64,000 nucleotides of DNA from Podarcis erhardii (lineage: Eukaryota). Under the pieces are notes generated by a model that was not told the DNA's origin, made no database searches, and was given only the letters and a program-made list of their open reading frames with translations. A program made the translations under genes and the position numbers. Where the stretch lies: NCBI GenBank assembly GCA_964252035.1, contig OZ176200.1. One strand, written 5' to 3'. How positions within the stretch are numbered: position 1 is the stretch's first letter; the number at the start of each line of letters is the position of its first letter. Positions 1 to 13,135 of this stretch are shown piece by piece.

Positions 1-249
1 TTAGCCACTGTGAAAGTCTTAGTATTGGCCAGAATAGTGGGATACCATTTTTTAAAATCAAGTCAAGCAAGAATTTTGAGGAAGCATATCCTTTGGAGCC
101 TTTGGGAGAAATCCTGGGCCCTGAAGGATTCCTGCTTGCCCTCATTCATTTGCTTGCTGAGCCAGAGTGGTTTGGAGTGGCTCAAGTGCATAGCTGCTCC
201 AATGCTTTCCTCCCTTGTCTTAAAGACCAGACAGTAGAGTGTGCCGCTT

Positions 250-1665
250 AGTGGGAGGGAAATCTTGATCGAAATGGACCACTGTTGAAGCTGAGAGCCC
301 CCTTAATTCCTCCTCAGAGGTTTCCCTCCACTGCTCCAGGACTTGGAAGGGATTTATCGTGATTTTAATATTCTGTTGGGAGCCACCCAGGGTGGCTGGG
401 GAGGCCTGGCCAGATGGGTGGGGTATTCTTATTATTATTATTGGTATTCTGATGGAGAAGGACTGAATGGCTTGGAAAATCAAATGAGAACGGTTTCCCT
501 TTCCACTTTGATGTTGATCAATATGTTTAGAAGTTGCTGTGGGGGGGGGGGGGGAGAGCTCTTGACTTCCTATCTGAAAAGCAGTTCTCTTGTTTTTTAT
601 TGGAAGCTGCTTTTGACACCTTCCTAAGCAGCATCAGAGGAACGGCAGTTAAAAAGGATGTTCAAAGTCCTCCTGGAAACACACCAAGTTTCAGCAGCCT
701 CCCAAGTGCCCAAGTCTACGCAACTCCCATCCTGGTACTGTGGGGCTCTGTCAAGCCCCTGGCTCATTGGGGAGCTCCAGGCAAGGAAACAGGCCCAGAG
801 ACAACTGGTACAAGTCTTGTTAAGGTGACCAAGCACATAATCGTGCCTTCCATAGTGGTTCAGTGAGCTTTTCATAGTGGTATCAGGGTTGCTTCGCCTA
901 CTCTGTTTAGGCCAGCCTTAGAGCCCTCTGGTGATTTTGCAAGGCATTTTGAAGACAAGATAGTCCATTGCTGTGTGGACTGGAGTTCCACCACTGATAC
1001 CATGTCTGTTGTGCAATGCACTACTATCCTGTCCAATTTTTGTGATCCATTTGTTATTGATGCCAGCCTAGCACATGCTCTCTTGACCCATGCCCATCTT
1101 GGCTGGTTTATGCTAGGTATTAAAGGTTGACTAGGTGAATTCAGGGTGTGATGAATGCTTTGTTGTGTGATGAGGTGGTGGCTGTGGTGCTTCAGTTGCA
1201 GATGCTACTGGATGGAAGTGATCATCTCAAGCCACTTCAGACTTTGTTCAGGCCCTGTTTGGGGACAGCCTCAGCCTTGCTCACTCTGACTGATGGCATT
1301 TTTGAAGGACTGGAAGAGTGCAAGTGTTGATTCTCCTGGATCTCTCCTTGACTTTTGTTAGCATTAACCATGATAGTCGTCTATGGATTGGGAGTTGTGG
1401 TTGATCTCAGGTGCCACAGGGCATGCTTTTGTCTTAAGTGCTACTTAATATGAATCTGCTGGGGTAGTTTGCTCTACAATTTTATGACTAGAGATCCAGG
1501 TGACCTGTGGCTTGGATCAGCTATTCCCAAATTCAGTGATCCACAGAGTTAAGACTACATAATTTTCATTTTTGATGTATTTTGTATTCTCATTTTGTAT
1601 TTTTCTGTGGCGAACCACCATGGGATCTTTGAGCCCAGAGCGGTATACAAATTTTAACAACGACG
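250..1665 (+). mobile_element. Degenerate L2-type LINE fragment (linker/RT region plus 3' tail, internally deleted)
   Basis: Decayed L2 ORF2 motifs by eye: DFARHFEDKI (~935), LDPCPSW (~1080), LILLDLS..F..INH (~1325-1370). L2-like tail gcggtatacaaatttt ends ~1660. Boundaries approximate. Confidence 0.7.
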
Positions 1666-3418
1666 ACATCATTTTACACAAGTCTCCCAAAATCTGCACT
1701 GGTTGCTTATTAGTTAGCAAGCCAAGTTCAAGGTTTCAGTGACATTTAAAGTCCTAAACAACCTGGGTCTACAATCCTTAGTGGACCACCTCTTAGTTTT
1801 TAAGTGTTTGTTTTGTGCACCACTCATTTTTATTTAGAAGATATAGTTGTGTTTTGCTTATATTTATTTTGAAGAAAATTTATTTGAATATTGAACTTTG
1901 TTCTATTGCTTTCATGTAAACCACTCAAGAGACGTTTATGAAATTACGTGGTGTATTTTTTATAGATGTTTTATTACAGGAGAGTCAGTAGCTTATTAAA
2001 GAACTTTTCTCCTTATGTTTGCCATGAGGAACACTGTCTCCTTAAGCTTACAGTTTCAAATGGTAGACTGGAGAGGTTACCCACAAGAAAGTGCCAGTCT
2101 CTTGTGTCAACCGACAATTGTGAACAGATCTCCTACTGAGGAGCCACACAATTTGCCATTTGGACATGGCAGGCTAGAACACCAGAATATTGTGCTGTGG
2201 TTTGTATTAGTGCTATAACTTTGCAAGGAGCAGTATAAGAACAATTTGAGATATCAAAAGGCAAACTGAACTGCATCAAGATCCTTGTAGCAGATAGACA
2301 GTGTCTTACCAAGACTATATAAGAGTGTGTGAGTATAAAAATGGATGTCAGACCAACAAGGCATATCCTTGTCTGAATCAATGCCCTTGAGACAACTGAA
2401 AATTACTGAGGCCCACCAGCCACAAAATGGAGGACAGTCACAAAATGATGGCAGATGGAGGCAAAGTTTGGCATAATCAGCTGGCAATTACTAATGTCAC
2501 TTTCTATTGATATCTAATCAATGTTTGGGAATTGCTTTTCTAAAACACCAAAATGCTTTTCTTGTGGCAACATTCTGTAGCTCAACTATATTCAGACATT
2601 TGCTCCAGAGGCATTGTGACAGCCTTCCCAATTCACAGGCAGTATGTAGAGAAAGCTTTTTCTTCTATATTTTTCTCTTCCTACCTCAACGTGTCTCTCA
2701 ACATATTTTTACCCATCTCCTGTGATTTATTCTCTCATTCTTCTTTCACACTCAATTAGTACCATATCCTCACCCCCCACAACTTCCAGTTTCTTTCATC
2801 TTTTCTCCCTGGTCCTTTCACATTTCTTCCTCCTAGAAGTTTCCCCCTCTTATCCAATCCCTTTCTATTCCTCAGTGGCTTATTTGATGATAACAGCAAC
2901 CACTTTCTTCTCCGTTTCTAATTTCCTTCACCATCTTCCCTGGCCCTTTCATCTCAGGGAAGGGAGACCTTCCTTCACTCCTTCCCCATCTCCTCAGCAT
3001 CTTTACAAGAAACTGCTGGCGATAGCATTAATCCAGCCAAAAGGCTGTGGTATGGCTAGGGGGCAGGGCAGATAAGTGAGGAAGCACTGGACAGATTGTG
3101 GCACTGAGACCCACTAATGGGTCTTAGCCCATTTTGAGAAACACTAGTCAAGAGAATTTGATGGCGCAATCCTGTGCACACAGTTGTAAGCTCTATGGAA
3201 TTCAGTAAGACTTACTTTGAGCAGACTCATACAAAATTGTATTGTTGGACACGTCCTGTCGTTGAGAAGTCTCCCTTACCTTACTGGCAAATTCTTTTGG
3301 CAGTATTGATGTCCACAGTTGATCTTCAATATTACTACAGTGGATCAATATTTCTCTTTCACTGTATGCCATGCCTGTGTGCTATAGTGCAGCGAGGGAT
3401 GTGAAGCTATCTGTCATG

Positions 3419-3505
3419 GATGCTTTAGTTGAGATTCCTGCATTGCAGGGAGTTGGACTAGATGACCCCCAGGGTCCCTTCCCACTCTACAATTCTAGGA
3501 TTCTA
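3419..3505 (+). mobile_element. CR1-type LINE 3' end
   Basis: gagattcctgcattgcagggagttggactagatgacc...ttcccactctacaattctaggattcta; second copy at 26271-26359. Confidence 0.75.
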
Positions 3506-6500
3506 AGCAGTAGAAGCCACACAAGATTTATGTGCATTTAAAATGGAGTGCTGCATGTCCTGGTTAATTTTGTAAGAGCTAATTTTGAAAGTGGCAAAGA
3601 ATCAGGGTACAACAGGTATGTGCTCTGTGTGTGGATACGGAAGTGTATTGTCCATGAACAATGCACTGTGTGAAGGCATTTAAGATAGAAGATACCAAGA
3701 TAGCTCTCATCTCATGGCTTGATGAATCACAGGACTACAGCAGCCAAAGGAGAACCCTGGAAAATCCAGTAGCCTTGTGAAAATTAGAATACGTCCAATG
3801 ATGACAGCCATATTTTAATGATATCATTTTTACAGGATATTCTGTCTGGGCTTGATTTCCAGGTAAATCCATTGGCCAGTGTGTGTGATTTAGACACTGT
3901 TCAAATTCTGCTTAGCCACAGACTCACTGGAATCCATTCTCATTATATCCCAGTCTCAATTCAAGTATGTAAAATGGGAACCATAATAAATCAGAATTGG
4001 TGTAAAGTGCAGTTTTAATGTGCAAAGCTAGAATGACAACTTGCCAAGTTAGCATCATCCATTGACTTATCAAAACATGCTAATCCCCTCTTGCTGGAAT
4101 GAGTTCCTAAAACAGAAAAACCTAATTTACTTATGGTTCCATGGATCCATCCCTCTCAGCATTTTGCATCAATCGCTCCATAACAGACCTTGTGCAAAAT
4201 CCATTTGCATATCGTGGAATGTTGGTACTTAGTCTGAGTGCTTCTTTCCTTTGCTGCTGATCTGTTAATAGGTGCATTGTGTTTATTAAACTTGTGCCTG
4301 TTATCTTTAGTGAGCTTTTGGTTTTGTGGATTATCCAAGGTACCCTTGGGAGAAAGGCAGATTATAAATATTAGAAATATACTTTAAAAATTAATAGTAT
4401 TCTATATAGGTACCTTCTTCGTACTTGTGCAGATGCAGAAATTACTTACCAGAGGGTTAAGCGCCATGATCACTCCCTGTCTACATCAGTAACCACATAT
4501 GCTTCTATTCTACTACTCAAAATTGTGAGTAGCTAGTATTGCTAATGGTTTAACCTGACGGGATGTTAAGGCAGCTACACTGGCTAATTTTACAAAGCCA
4601 TTTTCACTTTCTTGCACTTTGGAACTCCCTGCCTATTGAGATCAAGCAGGAGCCCTTCACTGAACTTTTTCTATTGCCTGCTGAAGACATTACTGTTTAG
4701 ACAAGCATGCCCAGATGTTTAGAAAGTTGAGGTAACTTTAATATATTTTAGTATTTTTAACTTTGTATATTTCAAAGTATGGTTGTGAATTTTAGGAAAT
4801 GAATAAAATAAAAATAGTGGTTACAAAGTATGTTTTCCTTAGTTCACTTTACATTTGGGTCTGTTATGTGTTGGGCTCCTGTTCCAAATCCCTGGCATGT
4901 ATGCATGCCCAGCAACATGATGCAAGAAGCAACTTGTGTGCTCCTGTCAAGCTATACTATAGCAACTCACTCAGTATGTTTCTTCAAACTGGACAATATA
5001 TGCACACACTTACCCTAACATTTTCCTGGCTCACAAAAGGCATTTTTATATACTACCAGACACATACCTGTTCTCAGTACCCAGTTGCAGCCCTGGATGT
5101 CTGACAGTTTTAAGCTATGCCCATGTTTATTATTTTTATCATGAGAGATTAAATTTGTAATAAATTGTGCTGCCATTTTAATTGTGATAGTCACTGGCCT
5201 ACTGCACCAGGGTTTGTTGATTACCTTTCAGAACAGGATTCTTTTTTAAATAATAATTTCTTACAGCATGTAAATTAATTTGTTTTCATGTTTTTCCACA
5301 TCAGCCTCTCTTCATTTCTGTGTTGTAGCCCATTTACTTTACCATTTCCAGGTTAGGCTCATCATTATTCCTCATTAAAATAGCTTTAGGCATTTTATCC
5401 ATTAATGGCTGGTCCATGTGCTTTGAGTTTATTTTACTTAATGAAGTCTCCGAAGGCAATTTAATACTGTTTCTTATTTACACATTCTTTGCCCTCTTCT
5501 TGGATATTGTCAGTTGTGTGTGTGCCTGTTAGTTTTGTGGTGGTGTTTCATCTGTGGGGCAGGCAGACTTGGTGAATGTTTGCATCTACCTTACATACTG
5601 TTTGTGCCAATCCAAAGGCAACTATTTTTTCCATGTTCTATCACCCTTCTGGCTTCTGACACCCAGTAATTGGTTCATTTTTCTGGGCCCTAATGACAAC
5701 ATACCTGGCTGCTACCTTTGTCTCTGCTTCTCCTAACTGAGAGGTACCTGGTTGGCTGCTGTTACATAGCGCTAGACTAGATGGATAGTCAGTTTGATGC
5801 ATCATAGGCAGTTTCTTTTTTTCTTTAACCATCTCTTTTTGGAATGATTTAACTTCTGCTACAGTGCAGAGGCCCAGTTGTGCATCTGCTCTGAAGGGAT
5901 ATAGGGAGTGGGATCTGTTAAACATTCCAACCGTGCTTCAACCACCATTTCATACACTGAGGTAAACAAGATACAGAACTGTTATATACATATATATTTA
6001 TATAATATGCTATAATAATTTGTATCTTTCTTTACAGCAATCTTAGTTAATATCTTTCATACATAGGTAAAAAAGTCACATGAGAATGGCACATGTAGGG
6101 TGCTCAGAGTCCCCTACAGCCTCCATGCTGGGGCAAATCAGAGCAGGGATCCAACAGTTAGCATTCCTGGAAGGGGTAAATGAGTGGTTTTGCAAGAAAC
6201 GGCAATGCACAGACTCTTTGCTGCCTCTCCAGTGATTGCATACAAAGGCTTTTAGAATCCATGAATGGGAACTGGAGGACATCAGGATCAAAGGCATTAG
6301 GTGGAGACTTCTCACTTTTCTCCCACAAAAGGGAATATTCCGATGTAAATAAATCAAGAAGCTGGAATCCACTGGTAAATGCCTGGCTCCAATGTGCTTC
6401 AGCAAGAGGGATAAAAAATGGAAAAGGATACAAGCAGTGAGGCTTTCATACAGAGAGACTGCTGTAGAAAGAAAAGGAAGGAAAGTAGTTTACTGTACAC

Positions 6501-8288
6501 AAACCTTGCAGAATAACAAAATAAAATTAAAGTTGGTAATGCCCCTCATATAGGCAAGAGCCCAAGATTTCTTAAGACAAAATTGAGTGCTCCACAACAC
6601 TGATTCCACATTTAAGTGTGTTCCACTCGAATAACAAGGAAAGTGAGCATATTAGGGTAAAGATAACACTACCTGGGCTGTTGCCCCCTACATATTACTC
6701 CAGAGGGCAAGCAGGTAGTTAAGATTACAGATGTACCAATGTAAATTCAAGCTAATTGAAAGGATTCTAAAAGACAACAACATCCCTCTCATCATGCCCA
6801 GCATTCTGAAGGCACCATCTGACCACCTATAAGTGGTTGATAAATACCATTCAATAAAGGTGACCATCAGAACTGGGATACAAGTTTTTAAAATGACCTT
6901 TCCCCCTAGAATTCGAGCAGTTTGGGAGAGAGAAGTAAGGGCAGGCTACTACATCATGTTCTTAGATAATCTGCAAGGTAGTGTCCGCCAGCAGGCACCT
7001 CTGACATGCTGATATGAACGTTAATGGTAATGTGTGTGGTAGTGCTTTATCAATTGCATCTCCTGTGTGATAGCATTGGACTCACAACACATCCAAACCA
7101 GGCAAATACATGACAGACCATGCAGTTAAGTACCAGTAAGTCAGTCCGAATGCTAACATGGTGCCTGGGACTGGGAGGAATCCCTTCAGTAGCATCCTAT
7201 GCAGCAGAAACTCAGGATCTTGAACATCTGGGCCTCAGATAAGTTGTGATAAATAAGAGATACACAAAGCCCCAATAAATGCATTTTTTTTCCAAAATTA
7301 TGTCAGACATTGTCTAATTGCCTAGTTTCTCCAGAGGCATGAAAAATGAACTCCCTTATGCTAAAAAAAAAAGAGTTAGACAACAAAGGGCCCAGTCATT
7401 CTTCATGGATAATTGAAACACGGGGATCAAAGAAGGGAAAATTTCTAATACCCTGGTACAAATGTCTTCTCTCAATGAGGCAATTGCTCCCAAACTCACG
7501 GCAGGTGAAGTTTATTTCATTACGAACCCTTATCGAACACAGTCAGCTTTCCTATTTTCAAGGAAAACTGCTACCAAACATCAGGGTTGGACTATGGAAG
7601 TTCTAGATATGCTTTGCAATAATGTGTATACATGTATTGCATGGTTTCACTTCTTCTACATGCTGCTTTCTGGCCTGCTCCCTCACTAGCAAAGATTACC
7701 AATCAAGATAGTCAACAATCTCACCCAATAGGGCGACTTCTATATATGCCACTGGTACTGGGGAAAGCCTGCTTTAGACAAATGAGGCATTGCTATTGGC
7801 ACTTAAGACAACCTGAAGGAGGAGAGGACACTTGGGAAATTTGGCAAAGCCTAACATCATGGAAGATGAGGACGTATCTCCTTCACATTACAAGAGAAGC
7901 AACATGACAGTACAAGGAGAGAAAAGAATGAAAGCACTTGACACTGTGTCCTTTCCTTGCATCTCAAACTAACAAACAAAGGCACAACGGAAGTGTAGGA
8001 AACAAGAGAAAACAACACAAACAGCAAGGCAGCAGTGAGCTCAAGAACAGTTGTGCACTGTCTAAAGTAACTTGGGTTTCGTCACATTCAGTATTTTGTT
8101 CATAGTTTTCTTCTTGATCTCCCAATGAACTGATGTTATCCTGTTGAGTATGATACTACATGGCTGCAATTTATATGATGGGAAGCTCAATGCCCCAACC
8201 CTCTGCACAACAAACTATGGCTAAAAAGAAATGTATCAGACATGAAATATGGTGAGAGACCTAAGATGGAAATGCCATTAAGTATACC

Positions 8289-8564
8289 TAGGGTTGCCAT
8301 ACGTCTAGGAATTCCTGGTTATGTCCTGTTTTGGGGGTCCTACATGCCCATCCCGGGGGGGGGGATTTTACATTTTAAAGTAAATGTCCTGGATTTGGTT
8401 AAAAAAAGAAAGTGTGTGTGCACTGGTGGCTCTGGTTCAGGCAGCTAGGGCGGCCTGTGCTCTGGTTCAGGCTTGGTTCTGGTCTGGCAGAGGGGCTATT
8501 GCCCTAAAAAAGCTCAACAACTTTTTGTGTCCAGATTTTTACCTCTTGAAATATGGCAACCCTA
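8289..8564. mobile_element. Non-autonomous DNA transposon (hAT-like), TIR TAGGGTTGCCATA
   Basis: 13-bp perfect TIR (tagggttgccata...tatggcaacccta); related copy at 32769-33015; no clear TSD. Confidence 0.7.
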
Positions 8565-9319
8565 GCATCAGTGAAATAGTACTAGCCCCCAGAAACTATT
8601 TATACAGGCATCTCCCCACTTACGCACGTTCGACTCATGTGTGACCGTATATATGTGCAGTGCTGGGAAATAATTAAATAACTTGATTTAAACTGCAAAA
8701 AGGCAGAGAAAGTGCAAAAATGGCGCAAAAAAAGCAGTGCCATCAGCAGCAAGTGAATCTGACCCACAGCCAAGCACTTGGGGGCACTGGTGTTTACACA
8801 CACACCCTTGCCGTTGTTTCCACATCGTCCTCCAGCAGTGAAGACTGAAAGCTATTGCTACCATTCATGCCAGTCTGGAAAGTGCTGCTGGTTTTTTAAA
8901 GGGTTTTCAGTGGTTTCCAAAGGTTTAAAGGGCATTTACAGGCTTTTAGGATGGTGTTCCCCACTATACATGATTTCACATATATGTGTGGTATCCTGGG
9001 GTGTAACCGCCACGTAAGTGGGGAGCTGCCTGTACTTCTAGACCATTCTAATTCGTTATAATCATCATGTGACACAGTCACTGTTTCCCATTTTACAGAT
9101 GTGAGTGAGACACAGAGCACAAGCTGACTAATATGGGCCTTGAATCTAGTTCTCACAGATCTTTAACTCTCATTGGATAACAGTGCCATAATAGGAGAAT
9201 CTTCTACTTGAACATGTGGTAGCTTTACTTTGTATATACCACAATTCTTTATGAACAGCTTCTCAGATTTGAAAAACTAAACAAAATCATGCACTGCAAT
9301 CCTGAATGAAAATCAGATT

Positions 9320-9482
9320 AACAGCTGCCTTATACTGAGTCAGACTATTCACCCATCACTGTCTTACACTAAGAGGCAACAGTTCCACAAGTTTTTTAGC
9401 CCTGCTACCTTGAATTAGAGAAGGCTGGAACTGAATCTGGAACCTTCTGTATGCAAAACATGTGATTCCCCACTGAGTGATG
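9320..9482 (-). mobile_element. tRNA-derived SINE (Squam-like), decayed
   Basis: ggaactgaatctggaaccttctgtatgcaaaac...ccactgag resembles a reversed tRNA-like head; similar to 54900-55070. Confidence 0.55.
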
Positions 9483-9871
9483 GGTGCATTTTTGTCTCCA
9501 TGAAAAGATCCCTACCACTTCATTCTGCAAAACAACAACATGGAAGACCGAAGATATAAATAAGCTGGTCACACTCCCCGAAATCTGCCTCTGCCAGAGT
9601 AAACCATACTGGGCTGGATGGAACAATAGTCTAAGTATAAGGCAGCTTCAGATGATCAGATATGTAGGATTTCATCTATAGCACTATATGTGTGATAGCT
9701 CCAATTCAGCTTCAGTGCCACATACATCCTACCCTCACATAATGGGTGAAGGGACATCCAAGTTGTTGCCACCACTCCTTTTAGGCAAGCAGGACTGTTT
9801 GAATGATTTAGTGCTAGCTTGTTTTTGAACAAAAAACAGCCAGATGATTGCTCCAGTAGTGAGCTGCAGAC

Positions 9872-9916
9872 TGTGTGTGTGTGTGTGTGTGTGTGCGCAC
9901 GTGTGTGTGTGTGTGT
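9872..9916. repeat. Interrupted (GT)n microsatellite
   Basis: Seen directly. Confidence 0.95.
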
Positions 9917-9985
9917 AACCCCATAAGTACTTAAAATTATGCTAAGAGGAAAGAGTGTGTTTTTCATAGGTACTATTCCATACAT

Positions 9986-10310
9986 CAGGGGTGGCCAACT
10001 CTCAAGAGACTGCGATCTATTTTCAGAATTAAAAACTGGCAGTGATCTACCAGTTTTTTGGGGGGTTCAGCTCATATTTGTTGAGCTTTTTTTAGGGAGG
10101 AAAAAAGCCCCTCACTAAAAAAAGAAGGGGTAAAGTCACTCACAAAAAGATTGCGCTGGATCAAAACAGCAGCACAGAGAAAGCTCTGTCTTCCCTTCCA
10201 GAGATCATACGACAATGGAGGGCAGGGCTAGGGGCCAGGGCAGGAGTCAGTTTTAGCGACACTAAGGAAAGGGAGCCAGAGATTGACCGTGATCTACCAG
10301 TAGGACATCC
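9986..10310. mobile_element. hAT-like non-autonomous element (CAGGGGTGGCCAAC left end)
   Basis: caggggtggccaact...gcgatcta left end; repeated gatctacc subterminal motifs; right end decayed. Confidence 0.5.
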
Positions 10311-12030
10311 CGGCCATACATATATATGAAACTCATGCAACCACATTTCATGTGGCAATCAAAATAACTATAAATATCTAGCTGGGAGAAGAATCACATT
10401 TCCCAAGCACAAAATGCTGAAGTCTTGAGTACTGGGGAAACACAGCATCCCTGCAATGTTAGCATTCCACTGGACGAAGTCCATAGCTTTGAAATGTGGA
10501 GAAGGTTAGACCACCTTTTGCAGCAATGAGATGCAGCCTGTGCTAACCAGAATGAAATGTTGGAGACGCAGGAGATGTAACATATTTATCAACAGGATAA
10601 TCAAGTAAGGAAAATCAGATGTGGAATGTAATTGTTTGAAGAGGGGAAAGGTACCGAGCAGAATTAAATAGGAAGTGCCAAACAGAGTTGAAAAGGAGAG
10701 AACTTATAAAAGCTATTACCAGAGGTTCTGGTTTTAAGTTCCCACTCCCCAAATTCAATGCATGTCTCAGCCCAAAAGCACTTAAAGGGACTGACATGGC
10801 ATTGTATGTGTATTTGGGAAAGTTTGAAAGTACCCTCTGTTGGAAAAGAATGAAAGTGCTCATCATTAGTCGCTCTGCTAGTAAGAGAAGTATTTCTCCC
10901 AGCTGGGAGATATCTTTTGTTAGGGCATCTTTGGCAAAGCTGCATCAGCATCTATATGGGGCCTTTGATCACCTATTTTAGTTTTTAAAGTGAACGAAAA
11001 CCTGCCTGGGAGTGTGAATTAATTCACTGCATCTGCTCTAAAGCTTCAGCGGAGTGTGCAATTCCACCCAAAATCTACTAGCTCACTGACGCTGGGTGAG
11101 TAAAAGGGTTGCAGTGACTTTGCTACAACTAGGAACTGCTCAGTTAATGGCTATTGCTTCAGATACATTCCTAGCACTGAACCGATTGCATATTGAAGTT
11201 CTAGATAGTTTTCAAAGGACAGTCTAAACATCCAAGGTGCTGAATAAGCAGGGAGAGGACACAGCACCTTGGGGATGAAGCCCAGAGGCAAAGCCTTGAA
11301 GGATCTTTTAAAGCCAGGTAGAAGAGTTGGAAAACCAATTTATCAGAGCACAAGCAGGATGCAGTGTGCGCGAAATAGGTACCAACATGTTTCAGGGGTG
11401 AAACTCAATAGAAACTCAGTATGTGTGTCAGTAGTATGGCATTTTCTAGTTCTTTCCTATAACTACAAGGGATATGGGTATGCTAAAAATAAATAAATAA
11501 AGGTGTACTTGTGGAGTGTTGGTGTAGTCATTGGCCTTTTTAGTGTAAAACAAATTAAGTGCTAGAAGACCCATTTTTTTCAAGAAAAAAAAGACAAATA
11601 AGATGCTGTAATGTAATGCAGCAAATAAACTCAACTCCCATTTTTATACTTGCCTCTCCTGCTGAGTGCAAGCATTTGATACACCTGAATCTGTGTATTT
11701 TCCTTCTTCCAGGCAGAAGCCCAACAGTCACAAAAAGCACAGACAATCTGGAACAAACACAGTTAAGACAGTCTGATTCCTGCTACCAGTGACAAGGAAG
11801 AGGATAACAAACACTCTTGGGATACAATCAAACAGCTTTAAAAAGTAACAAAACCCATGAAAATGACAATGAACTGGTGCTCCGGTCAGGCACAACATTG
11901 TAGTGCAATAGCTTGTTGCATCATTCACAATCTGATCACCACCAAATGAACATATTAAAACCTTCTCCAAGCAAAGCTTTATCAACAGCCTCTCAACTTG
12001 GCTCTCCAAGCCTAAAATAATCATCTCAGG

Positions 12031-12137
12031 CAGGGGTGGGGGACCTGCGGCCCTTCATCAGCCCCAACCAGCATGACCAACAGTCAGGGATGATGTAGTC
12101 CAACACAATCTGGAGGGCCAATGGTTAGCCATCCTTG
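12031..12137. mobile_element. Short hAT-like MITE (caggggtggg..cctgcggccct...ggagggcc)
   Basis: Palindromic ends; related decayed copy starts at 27320. Confidence 0.55.
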
Positions 12138-12889
12138 TCCTAAGGCAGGAAACTGCCTGCTCTCCACCTTCGCAGATTTTCAGATTCATACAGTAGATAT
12201 GCTGCACGCACAGACACCCTTCCCTCCCCCCTACATTCCCATGACCCACAAGAGCTGGGAAGCTTCCTTCTTTTCTATTTGTAAAGTGCTTTGAAGTTTA
12301 AAGCGCTCTCTAGGTGCTAAGTATTTGCACTGAATCATAGCTTGATTCACAAGGCAGTGCTCCTCAAGATTGGCAGACTGATTGGAGTGGAATCAGCTGC
12401 TCAAGCAGCCTGTCCAGTTTGGTGAGCTTAACCTGCTGTAAGTATCTGCAGCTTAAACTCTGCAACACCGCTGCATCCCAAAAGATCCTCATAAACCATG
12501 CAGTTTATCATATGGTTTGTCCCAGAACTATATATTCCTGCTGTGTCTTCCTTAAAGAAGCATATTTAATCAGTCTTGTTTTGGTTTACAGTAGCCTTAG
12601 TCAACTAACATGAACCAATACAGCTGTTATTGAAAAAATGGGAACACTGAAGAGCTAAATTATTAAAACAGATTGGCTCAAGCCTAAATCATTAAGATTA
12701 ATTGTTTGAAAACTGGAATTTTATCAATAAAAACCTTCTGCACTTCCAATGAAAAATTGTTTCAGGGTAGAAAGGGGGGATTTACTCTTCTGTCATGTTG
12801 ACCACCAGAATTAGGCCCCAATTCACAATTGCCCTGCATATTGCAGAATCATTTAATGTTATGCGGGTGTACTATCTTACACCCACGTA

Positions 12890-13135
12890 TTTGCAGTCCT
12901 ATCCTATGCAAGTTTATTCAGAAGGAAAAGTCCTGTGGAGTTCAATGGGGACTGATAGCTGGACTAGCCAAGCTAGCATACATAGGAGTGTTAAAACATG
13001 AAAGGCAACGAGTCCCTAGAACCTCCATAGGAAACAAAACTAAGGCTGCAACCCTGTACTCACTTAGCTGGCAACAAGGACCACTGAGCTCAGTGGGACT
13101 TACTTCCAAGTAGACACATACAGGATTGTGCTATT
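12890..13135. mobile_element. Two units of a short palindromic squamate repeat (caatcctatgc...cagaagtaagtcc...ttcaatggg type)
   Basis: Similar units at ~43225-43270 and ~58595-58685. Confidence 0.5.

Noticed and set aside
541-554. Poly-G run
   Set aside because: Homopolymer inside a decayed L2; length prone to sequencing error.
7700-8000. Possible second RTE C-terminal remnant (HPIGRLLY...)
   Set aside because: Too decayed to support by eye.
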